This document shows positions 7,410-15,105 of a stretch of DNA of 20,000 nucleotides, piece after piece (the first letter of the stretch is position 1; every line of letters starts with the position of its first letter). This DNA is from an uncultured virus (IMG/VR IMGVR_UViG_3300009081_000011). Lineage: Duplodnaviria > Heunggongvirae > Uroviricota > Caudoviricetes. A model generated the notes under the pieces. The model was given only the letters and a program-made list of their open reading frames with translations, made no database searches and had not been told where the DNA came from. Location of the stretch: the IMG/VR virus record IMGVR_UViG_3300009081_000011, one strand, 5' to 3'. A program made the translations under genes and the position numbers.

Positions 7410-8872
7410 CACCGAAACGCCCTCACGACCTTCGCCGCCTTCGAGAACCAAACCGACGCTGTGTCTTCTTCGATCTGCGCACCGCCGAGCACGACGTCGC
7501 CCGCGGGCGCGTTCGCGGTTCCTTCGCACAAGGCCAAAAGCGCCTCTAGCACCGCGCAGAGCTCGCCCGGCCCTTTGCCAAATTCCATTTCTCGGTAGTG
7601 AGTAACGCCGCGAGCCGCCCTCAACTGATCGTGCGCGGCGTTCACGTAGTCGAGAGCGTTCGTCACGTTGCAACCGATCGGCGCGCAACCGACATAGAGC
7701 GTGAAACCGCCGTTCGTTTCGGGCTGCACTGCCGCAGTCGACTTCGCTGGCCGTCCTCGTTTCTTGGGCGCCGCCTGGGGCTCTGGAATCGGGGCCGGTG
7801 CTGTTTCGGCAGGCGCCGTCGGTACAGGCATCGACACGAACGGCGCGGCAGCCGGCAAAGGTGCCTGAGGGGGTTGCTGGTACAACGCAGGATCCATCGG
7901 GGCCATTGGCGGCGTTGGGCCGCCGGGCTGGAAAGGTACCTGAGGAGCCATCCCTGGCCCCGACACAGCCACCACAGGCGCCCCCTGAGGCGTCGGAAGG
8001 GAGAACTGCGTCGACGGGGCCATCGGTGACGGTACGGCAACTCCCTGAGGCGCCTGGAACGCCTCCGGAGGGTGGATCGGGCTCGGGGCTCGGCCCGCCT
8101 TCATGGCCTTGAGCTTGTCAGCAAGGGAAAGTCCAGCTTGGGTCATTGTTGCTTGCACTCTCTGCGTTGGGGTTGGATTACAAATCGAAAGGAACGCGCA
8201 GCCTCCGAATGCATCGCAGGCTCTGAAGTCTGGAGGAAAGTCGAGCGCCGACGTCCCGGGCGGCGTGTCATGAAGCATCGTGATGTGCCCGGCGACGGGA
8301 TCTACGTGCTCGAAAAACATCTCGGCGATCTCGTCCTTGGTCACGATCTGCGAACGAGGCTCGGCTTTTCTCGCGCCAGTCGTCTTGTAGTAGATCCAAT
8401 CGAGAGCGAGACGATCATCCTGCGGGTTTTTGAAAAACTCATCGACCGCGTAGATGAGCGCCTGCGGGTGGCACAAGATCTCCTCGGTCGTCTTGGCCCA
8501 CGTGAACGCCTTCGTCGTCTTGTGATCGCCGACGTGGATCAAACCGTTCGCGTCGCGATATCGGAAGTCTTTGAAGCCGGTGTACCACGCGCGCCTCGAC
8601 GTGAACGAGAATTGCTCCTCGGTGACGAGCGTCGGCGTTCGAGGCGGCGGCAAAAGATGCAAACCGCTCGCGGCGATCTCGCCTTCGGCTGTGAGCAGGT
8701 CGGGAGCGGCGCCTTCCTTGAGCCACCTCTCGAGGATCGCGTGAACTCGAGAACCCAAAGCCGCGGACTCGTTCGGAGGTGGACGCTTCCCTTCGATATA
8801 TGCAAACGCCCACTTCCTAGGGCACAGGTCGTATAGCTCGATCTCAGACGCCGAAACGAAGAGGGCTCCCAC
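7409..8872 (-). CDS. PD-(D/E)XK exonuclease (Cas4/AddB/RecB-like) with Pro-rich linker, AT-hook-like motif and extra C-terminal domain
   Basis: SASEI-x5-CPRKW, GSRVH, GFKD, DHKT, Q-x3-YA, C-x5-C-x5-C; KKRGRP. Start uncertain (GTG at 8872, 8893 or 8944). Confidence 0.85.
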   Translation of the reverse strand: MGALFVSASEIELYDLCPRKWAFAYIEGKRPPPNESAALGSRVHAILERWLKEGAAPDLLTAEGEIAASGLHLLPPPRTPTLVTEEQFSFTSRRAWYTGFKDFRYRDANGLIHVGDHKTTKAFTWAKTTEEILCHPQALIYAVDEFFKNPQDDRLALDWIYYKTTGARKAEPRSQIVTKDEIAEMFFEHVDPVAGHITMLHDTPPGTSALDFPPDFRACDAFGGCAFLSICNPTPTQRVQATMTQAGLSLADKLKAMKAGRAPSPIHPPEAFQAPQGVAVPSPMAPSTQFSLPTPQGAPVVAVSGPGMAPQVPFQPGGPTPPMAPMDPALYQQPPQAPLPAAAPFVSMPVPTAPAETAPAPIPEPQAAPKKRGRPAKSTAAVQPETNGGFTLYVGCAPIGCNVTNALDYVNAAHDQLRAARGVTHYREMEFGKGPGELCAVLEALLALCEGTANAPAGDVVLGGAQIEEDTASVWFSKAAKVVRAFR

Positions 8873-8881
8873 TTCGAAGAG

Positions 8882-8910
8882 AATCTCGCTCACGCCGACG
8901 AACCGGTCAA
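8882..8910 (-). promoter_or_regulatory. Candidate sigma70-type promoter for the leftward replication operon
   Basis: TTGACC (8910-8905), N17, GAGATT (8887-8882), with an upstream A-tract; 9 nt before GTG 8872. The -10 element is imperfect. Confidence 0.4.
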
Positions 8911-8978
8911 GTTTTTTCTCCAGAGCCTTAGAAAATCTGGACACTGTTTTCGGATTCGAGTAACGACAGAGTTCCCCT

Positions 8979-9040
8979 TCCCTCTTGGATCCGTCGCGAG
9001 CCTGTGCTGGTCGTACGGTGAGTGACGGATCCGAGGGGGA
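8979..9040 (+). promoter_or_regulatory. 19-bp RNA stem in the primase leader
   Basis: tccctcttggatccgtcgc (8979-8997) pairs with gtgacggatccgaggggga (9022-9040); all three non-Watson-Crick positions are G-U on the + strand. Confidence 0.65.
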
Positions 9041-11454
9041 GCCTATCCGCCGGAGACCAGCCCCGCGTGATCGTTCTACCGCCGCCCCCTACGGTTCTTG
9101 ACATCGCGATCGAGTACCTAGGTTTAGGGTGGGCGGCCATTCCGGTTCCGTACCGAGAAAAAGGACCGGTCATCGAAGGCTGGAAGGAACTCCGAATCAC
9201 GACCGAGACCGCACCGCAATACTTCAACGGCGTTCCGCAAAACGTTGGCGTCGTTCTCGGTGAAGCGTCGCGCGGCCTGACGGACATCGACATCGATTGC
9301 CCCGAAGCGCTCGCACTTGCACCGTACTTCTTGCCTGCGACATCGGGCAGGTTCGGCCGCGCATCGAAGCGCGCATCGCACTGGCTCTACTTCTCGAACG
9401 TTCCGAAACACCAAAAATTCGAAGATCCCAACGGCGGCACGATCGTCGAGCTACGCACGGGCGGCGTACAGACGGTGTTTCCGGGAAGCCACCACGTCTC
9501 GGGCGAGTTCATCGACTTCGAAGACGACGCCGATCCGATGAAGATCCCAATCATCGACCCGAAGAAACTAGAAGAATCGGTCAAGAAACTCGCAGCGGCG
9601 TGTTTACTCGCAAGATACTTTCCTGCAAAAGGTCGTCACGATCTTTGCCTTGCACTAGGTGGGGGCTTACTTCGAGACGGCTGGGCGCCAGAGCATGCCG
9701 AGCTCTTCGTCTACCTCGTCGCCTGGGCCGGGGGCTCCGACAACCCCAAAGCGCGCAGCGCGAGCGTCAACGGCACGAAAGAAAAACTAGACGCGAACGA
9801 AAACATCACCGGCTGGAACCGTGTATCCGAGCTTTTGAAGGACCGACCGCTCGGAGGCGGCGTCGGCGGAAAAAAACTCGTCACCAAAGTACGAAAATGG
9901 CTCGCGCCGGTTTTGCCACCGTTCACATCGACTGAAAAGATCACGATCACAGTCGGCTTCGACGAGCTCGACGTCGCAAATCAAATGCTCCCGGTGCTCG
10001 TCAACGAACCGAACGTCTTCAAGCGCGGGTGGAAGCTCGTTCACATCCTTCGTGACGACATCAAAACCAAAGAAGACGACATCGTACGCGAACCAGAATC
10101 CCCACGGATCTCGGCAATGCCGAAGGAACGCACCCGAGCGCTCGTGAGCCACGTCTGCGTGTTTCAACGCTGGAAAACCGGTACGGACGGCATTCCTAAA
10201 CTCGTTCAATGCGAAGTTCCGGACAAACCGGTCGTCGAGCTCCACAAACGTGGCGAGTGGCCTGATGTTCGTCACATCGAAGCCGTCGCCGAGACCCCGG
10301 TGTTTCGTCCGGACGGCACGATCCTCGACACGCCCGGCTACGACAGACAGACCGGCATCTTCTACGAACCGAACGCGGACTATCCACCCATCCCTAACGA
10401 GCCGACCCTCGACGATGCACGAAACGCGCTTCTTGTCTTGCTCGACGTCGTCGACGAATTCCCTTGGCAAAAAGACGAGCACGTTTCGGCATGGTTGGCT
10501 TTGCTACTCACTCCGTTCGCCCGCCCCGCGATTGAAGGCGCGATCCCGTTCGGACTTCTCGACAAGAACGTGAACGGGGCCGGCGCAACAATGCTCGCAG
10601 AAGTGATCGGGCAAATCTGTTCGGGTAGGGGGCTACCAAAGCTAGCGCTTGCCGACGAAGTCGAAATGCGAAAACGAATCCTCGCGCTCGCAATCTCGGG
10701 CGACTCCGTCGTGCTCATGGACAACCTCGAAGGCACTTTGAACTCGTCGGTGCTCGCCGGAACGATCACGAGCGGCTTCATCTCGGAACGAAAGCTCGGC
10801 GTCTCCGAAATGATCCCAATGCCGATGCGAGCGCTCTGGCTCATCACTGCGAAGAACCTTACCTTGTCGACCGAGCTCATCCGACGCGCGCTTCACGTCC
10901 GGCTCGAATCCTTCATGGAACATCCCGAAGATCGCGGCGGCTTCAAGTACTACCCACTCTTGCCGCACGTCGACAAAGTTCGTCCGACGCTCGTCGTCGC
11001 CGTGCTCACGATCTTGCGCGCCTTCTTCACCGCAGGTTGTCCTGATCAAAAACTCCCTGCGTGGGGAAGTTTCGAAAACTGGAGCCGCATCATTCGTGGC
11101 TCGCTCGTGTGGTCAGGCATGCCGGATCCGTACATCGGTCGCGCCGAGCTCGTGGAGTCCGGAGACTCTGAAGTCAGCACTCTCGAGAAGGTGCTCGTCG
11201 CGTGGGAAAAGCTCGGCAAGCCCACGCTCGTTTCGAACCTCCTTGCCGAGATGCACGCAACGGCGTTCGCTCACCTCGAGCTCAAAGAAGCCCTCGCCGA
11301 GCTCTGCGAATGCACCGTCGAAAGACTCACGGCGCGCGACGTCGGCGCGAAGCTACGAAAGCACAAAAAACAGAACGTCGGAGGACGCATGTTCGACCAC
11401 AAACCGAAGCAGGGGGGTGGCACCCCTTGGTTCGTCGTCAAGGTGACTGTGTGA
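9022..11454 (+). CDS. Bifunctional primase-polymerase (Prim-Pol, AEP) fused to a PriCT-like region and a C-terminal P-loop helicase-like domain
   Basis: IPV-x4-KGP-x3-GW, NVGV, DIDID, SHWLY, TVFPGS-x-H-x-SG; GRHD helix; TPVFRPDGTIL-x-TPGYD; P-loop GAGAT and Walker B LMDN. Alternative start GTG 9067 after GGAGA. Confidence 0.9.
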   Translation: MTDPRGSLSAGDQPRVIVLPPPPTVLDIAIEYLGLGWAAIPVPYREKGPVIEGWKELRITTETAPQYFNGVPQNVGVVLGEASRGLTDIDIDCPEALALAPYFLPATSGRFGRASKRASHWLYFSNVPKHQKFEDPNGGTIVELRTGGVQTVFPGSHHVSGEFIDFEDDADPMKIPIIDPKKLEESVKKLAAACLLARYFPAKGRHDLCLALGGGLLRDGWAPEHAELFVYLVAWAGGSDNPKARSASVNGTKEKLDANENITGWNRVSELLKDRPLGGGVGGKKLVTKVRKWLAPVLPPFTSTEKITITVGFDELDVANQMLPVLVNEPNVFKRGWKLVHILRDDIKTKEDDIVREPESPRISAMPKERTRALVSHVCVFQRWKTGTDGIPKLVQCEVPDKPVVELHKRGEWPDVRHIEAVAETPVFRPDGTILDTPGYDRQTGIFYEPNADYPPIPNEPTLDDARNALLVLLDVVDEFPWQKDEHVSAWLALLLTPFARPAIEGAIPFGLLDKNVNGAGATMLAEVIGQICSGRGLPKLALADEVEMRKRILALAISGDSVVLMDNLEGTLNSSVLAGTITSGFISERKLGVSEMIPMPMRALWLITAKNLTLSTELIRRALHVRLESFMEHPEDRGGFKYYPLLPHVDKVRPTLVVAVLTILRAFFTAGCPDQKLPAWGSFENWSRIIRGSLVWSGMPDPYIGRAELVESGDSEVSTLEKVLVAWEKLGKPTLVSNLLAEMHATAFAHLELKEALAELCECTVERLTARDVGAKLRKHKKQNVGGRMFDHKPKQGGGTPWFVVKVTV

Positions 11455-11565
11455 CTCAAAGTGACTGTCCTACAGCAGTCGCGCCAGAAAAACGGGCAAG
11501 GAGGGGGGTCCCATATTTTTCCGGAACGTTTGCATTGGGACAGTCACTACGAGTCACACAGTCAC
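11443..11565. repeat. 28-bp inverted repeat with three GTGACT units per arm; candidate replication origin
   Basis: gtgactgtgtgactcaaagtgactgtcc (11443-11470) versus ggacagtcactacgagtcacacagtcac (11538-11565), 26/28 match, 67-bp spacer, AT-rich tract following. Confidence 0.8.
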
Positions 11566-11747
11566 TTAAATTAAATCATCACCACAATCATTCCAGTTAG
11601 GATTTAACGAAATAAATGCCGAAAATGATCCAGGTATTTTCGTCACGAAAAATGGCGAAAAATCAGAACGGGGTGATTGCCCCCCGAACCTCTACAAAAA
11701 AGGTGTACGGTAGGTGAATAGAAGGCGGTGCCGCCCGTCTCAGAAAT

Positions 11748-12224
11748 ATGCTCCAGCAAATGACGATTCTCGATGACCAACCAGGCCCTCGCGCCGAGCT
11801 CACCGACCCCGCCGTGACCGTTCGTTTCATGCTCGCCGGAGACGCCCACGTGACCTTCCAATCGCGTCGCACGGGTACCCGGTTCACCTACCACGTCGAG
11901 CAGGCCAAGCCCCGTCAGGGTGACGATCGCGAGCCCCCGTACTTCGTGTCGGTGCTGACGCGGCCGGACCACTACGACTACCTCGGGTGCATCTTCGTTT
12001 TCCCGAGCAAGAAGTATTCGCACGGGCACAAGAGCCGCATCGCCAAGAACGCGCCGAGTGCCGTCGCGTTTGATTGGGTGTGGCGCAAGCTCACGAGTGG
12101 TGAAATGCACCCGGAGCTCGGCGTGTGGCACGAGGGTCGGTGTGGCAAATGTGGCCGTCGGCTCACGACGCCGGAGAGCATTGCGAGCGGTCTGGGTCCT
12201 GTGTGCGCGTCGAGGTCGACATGA
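11748..12224 (+). CDS. DUF6011-like Zn-ribbon protein
   Basis: C-terminal CGKCGRRLTTPESIASGLGPVC signature. Confidence 0.85.
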   Translation: MLQQMTILDDQPGPRAELTDPAVTVRFMLAGDAHVTFQSRRTGTRFTYHVEQAKPRQGDDREPPYFVSVLTRPDHYDYLGCIFVFPSKKYSHGHKSRIAKNAPSAVAFDWVWRKLTSGEMHPELGVWHEGRCGKCGRRLTTPESIASGLGPVCASRST

Positions 12225-12406
12225 ACGAGCTCGCGAAGGAGACGAGAGAAGTGATTGCTTTGCTTCGGTCGTTGTACGGGCGCGTGGTGGATCTCGATGT
12301 GCCTGAAGAGAACGAGCACTTACAGAGCTACGCGCTGGACGGTCTGTTTTCGGCGATCGGCTACTTGGAAACTTTGGCGAGCCGTGCAGAAGGGAACGAG
12401 GATTGA
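12221..12406 (+). CDS. Small helical hypothetical protein (61 aa)
   Basis: ATGA overlap with GAGG SD; MNELAKETREVIALLRSLY... Confidence 0.7.
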   Translation: MNELAKETREVIALLRSLYGRVVDLDVPEENEHLQSYALDGLFSAIGYLETLASRAEGNED

Positions 12407-12409
12407 GTC

Positions 12410-13852
12410 ATGAACACCATTACCGTCAATGACCTCTCGCCTGACCAGCGCAGCGCTTACAACGACATCACGAACTGGATCAGGAATCAGGATCGGGGTT
12501 TGCTTTCACTTGGTGGTTACGCTGGCTCAGGTAAGTCGACGCTCGTTTCGCTCGTTGCCGAGCAAGTTCGGTCTCCGGCGTTCTGCGCGTTCACGGGCAA
12601 GGCGACGTCGGTACTTCGCCGGAAGCTCAATCGTGCAGGCACGTCGACCGCGAGCGCGTGGCAAAAGCGAATCAACCCGATGCTCGACGCTTCGATCTGC
12701 GACACGATTCACGGGCTCATCTATCAGCCGTGTGAATGCAGGGAGCCTGAGACCGTCGAGGTTTCCAAACCGTGCCCGGCGGAAGGTTGTGTTGTCGAGC
12801 TCGAACTCACAAGCGAAGGCGTAGCAGCGTGCCGAGACCACGGCGAGATGCTTACTGCCGCCGTGTATGACGCACTCGGGCCGCAGAAGCGGTTCGCTTA
12901 TCCGCCGCGGGACGAGACCGGCAAGTGTAAGTACTGTGACGGCGTCGGATGGCACCGCCGCGAAGCGCTCGATCGTGATTGCGATCTCATCATCGTCGAC
13001 GAGGCGAGCATGGTCGACGACACGATGCTCACTGATTTGCAGTCCTACAACGTGCCGATCCTCGCCGTCGGTGATCACGGGCAGCTCCCGCCCGTCCGTG
13101 GTCAAGGCTCCGTTATGAAAAGCCCGCACCTTCGGCTCGAGAAGATCCATCGGCAGGCAGAAGGCAATCCCATTATCGCGCTTTCGAAGATCGTACGCGA
13201 GACGGGGTACTTGCCGGATTCCGATGCCGGCGACGTCGTTCGGTTCAGGGGTCTTCGAGAGATCGAACAGATCATCTCAGAGAGGTACTCGAACGCTTCG
13301 CCCGCACGTCTGCTCGAGATGGGCCTCGTCTGCTACACGAACCGTCGCCGTGTCGGGTTGAACGGCGTTGTTCGACGGGTACGAGGAACGGCCGAGCAAC
13401 CTCCGATGACGGGCGAGCACGTCGTGTGCCTCCGGAACATGCGAAGCCAAGGAGGTCGGCCGCCGGTCGCAAACGGTATGCGCGGTGTGCTCGTGACCGA
13501 TGCGAAGTACGTGAACGACAGCAATGAAGAACAGATCCTAGCGGGTGTCGAGCTTCCGGAGGACGAGATCGAGGCGTGTCAGTACAAGATGCTCGTGGCG
13601 CAGTTCGGTCGTGAGAAAACGTTCACGGCTCCAGAAGAGCTCGCACAGGAAACGAGCTTTCGGAGTTTCAATCTCGCCGGGTGTCTCTTCGATTTCGGAT
13701 GGGCAATGACTTGCCACAAGATGCAAGGTTCGCAGGTCGATGATCTCGTTGTCTGCGCCGAACGCCCCGGTCCGGTCGATAACGACTCGTGGAAGAAATG
13801 GCTTTATACGGCCGTAACGCGTGCCGTGTCCAAGCTCACGGTGCTCCGATGA
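12410..13852 (+). CDS. SF1B Dda/RecD-like 5'-3' DNA helicase with Cys-rich insertion
   Basis: GYAGSGKS, AFTGKA, TIH, IVDEASM, VGDHGQLPPV, IHRQ, AMTCHKMQGS, LYTAVTRA. Confidence 0.92.
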   Translation: MNTITVNDLSPDQRSAYNDITNWIRNQDRGLLSLGGYAGSGKSTLVSLVAEQVRSPAFCAFTGKATSVLRRKLNRAGTSTASAWQKRINPMLDASICDTIHGLIYQPCECREPETVEVSKPCPAEGCVVELELTSEGVAACRDHGEMLTAAVYDALGPQKRFAYPPRDETGKCKYCDGVGWHRREALDRDCDLIIVDEASMVDDTMLTDLQSYNVPILAVGDHGQLPPVRGQGSVMKSPHLRLEKIHRQAEGNPIIALSKIVRETGYLPDSDAGDVVRFRGLREIEQIISERYSNASPARLLEMGLVCYTNRRRVGLNGVVRRVRGTAEQPPMTGEHVVCLRNMRSQGGRPPVANGMRGVLVTDAKYVNDSNEEQILAGVELPEDEIEACQYKMLVAQFGREKTFTAPEELAQETSFRSFNLAGCLFDFGWAMTCHKMQGSQVDDLVVCAERPGPVDNDSWKKWLYTAVTRAVSKLTVLR

Positions 13853-14154
13853 ACGAGTACACGCTCGAAGACGAAGATCGAGACGACGCGGAGATTGCCG
13901 CGCAGCTCGTCCGTGACGGTTGGAAGTCGACGTCGAACAGGTACCGGAACATTGCTCGGCTTCCGGAAGGCAAAACAGGTCTCGAAGCACTTCGTGACTG
14001 CGCGCCGGAGGCGTACCGGCACATCATGGAAAATGCCGAGCGACAGGCCGCAGATACTTACCGGCGGATTTTCGCGCGTGGTGACACCAAACAGACGTTG
14101 GATCAAGACATGTTCCAGGCTTTCAAACGAGCGAGAGGAGAGGCTTCGTGGTGA
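13849..14154 (+). CDS. Hypothetical protein (101 aa)
   Basis: ATGA overlap with the helicase stop; MNEYTLEDEDRDDAEIAAQ... Confidence 0.7.
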   Translation: MNEYTLEDEDRDDAEIAAQLVRDGWKSTSNRYRNIARLPEGKTGLEALRDCAPEAYRHIMENAERQAADTYRRIFARGDTKQTLDQDMFQAFKRARGEASW

Positions 14155-14408
14155 AGCAGAAGATCGAGCTTATTGTCGATGTCGTCGAAGATCGCACGCA
14201 CCAACTCAGGATTGGTGCGTGCGACGTACTCGATCTTCTCAGGGTCGCGGGCTGGGAGGTTCCCGAAGGTGCGGAGGTTACTTTCAGAACACCAGGCGGT
14301 GGTGATTGGTCCAATTCTGACATTCAACTCGATTCAGATGGCGATTCTGGTGAGCAGATCATCACCGTGAGTTGGAAGACGCGCGTAGATAGAACGGAGC
14401 GAAAATGA
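14151..14408 (+). CDS. Hypothetical protein (about 85 aa)
   Basis: GTGA overlap, GAGGAG SD; alternative GTG at 14148; V-x-F-x2-PGGGDWSN motif. Confidence 0.7.
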   Translation: MKQKIELIVDVVEDRTHQLRIGACDVLDLLRVAGWEVPEGAEVTFRTPGGGDWSNSDIQLDSDGDSGEQIITVSWKTRVDRTERK

Positions 14409-14806
14409 AAATGTCCCCTAACCAATTGATCGACGGCCTGATAAAGCTCGGGTCTCGCATGAACTCCGAGGACATGGAGTTTCTCGCCGAGGTCGCCGAG
14501 AACATACGAAACATCGACGCTATCGACCGCAGTTTCGGCGCCGGTGTCCCCGGCCTCATCGCCGAGGAGTGCTACGCGCTTCGCGATCTGCTCATCGCCA
14601 AGAACAAGGCCTACGGCAACGCGGCTCTAGAGCCCGTTCGCATCTTCAGTAAAGCGTCGACCGAAGAACAGCTTCTCGTTCGCATCGACGACAAACTCTC
14701 GCGTCTCGTGCGCGGGAGCGATGCCGGCGAAGACGTCGTACAAGATTTGCTCGGGTATTTGGTGTTGCTTCGCATCGCGCGAAGACTCAAACCGGAAGGA
14801 GAATGA
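14405..14806 (+). CDS. DUF1599 / nucleotide-modification-associated domain 1 (Nmad1)-like protein
   Basis: KNKAYGN...VRIDDKLSRL...EDVVQDLLGY signature; ATGA overlap with GGAG SD. Confidence 0.8.
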   Translation: MKMSPNQLIDGLIKLGSRMNSEDMEFLAEVAENIRNIDAIDRSFGAGVPGLIAEECYALRDLLIAKNKAYGNAALEPVRIFSKASTEEQLLVRIDDKLSRLVRGSDAGEDVVQDLLGYLVLLRIARRLKPEGE

Positions 14807-15105
14807 TCATGGGACTCTTGGCGGTTCTGTTGTTTGGTAGTTTAGTTCTCACGGTTTGGGGTTTGTACGCGACGGGCGTCGTCGCACCGCGATTGAAGGT
14901 GCTTCGCATGGATCCTGTTTCGTCCGGTGAAGTAGAGACCGAGCTCTCGGACGGCCGCATCTACCGTGGAACGAAACGCGGGTTCGCGTGGCGAAGTTTC
15001 CCGGACGGTTCGGAGGCGCCAGTGAGTATGCAGTTGCGATTGACTGAGGAGTTCGAGAAACGCGAGGCCGCTAAACGTTGGGCCGAAGAACTAGGAGCGA
15101 AGTAA
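14803..15105 (+). CDS. Membrane-anchored hypothetical protein
   Basis: ATGA overlap; N-terminal hydrophobic stretch LLAVLLFGSLVLTVWGLYA. Confidence 0.7.
   Translation: MIMGLLAVLLFGSLVLTVWGLYATGVVAPRLKVLRMDPVSSGEVETELSDGRIYRGTKRGFAWRSFPDGSEAPVSMQLRLTEEFEKREAAKRWAEELGAK

Noticed and set aside
7409..8872. Cas4-like nuclease as evidence of a CRISPR-Cas locus
   Set aside because: No cas1/cas2 and no repeat-spacer array; solo PD-(D/E)XK nucleases are normal in phage replication modules.
10219..10228. ccggacaaac matching the right arm of the recombinase palindrome
   Set aside because: A half-site only, inside the primase coding sequence, with no partner arm; plausibly chance.
11443..11565. GTGACT repeats as a mini-CRISPR array or intrinsic terminator
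   Set aside because: The units are 6 bp and inverted, with no unique spacers; the 67-bp loop and lack of a proper U-tract do not fit a terminator.
12731..12949. Intein in the helicase insertion
   Set aside because: Too short, with no terminal His-Asn followed by Cys/Ser/Thr; the Cys spacing fits Zn binding.
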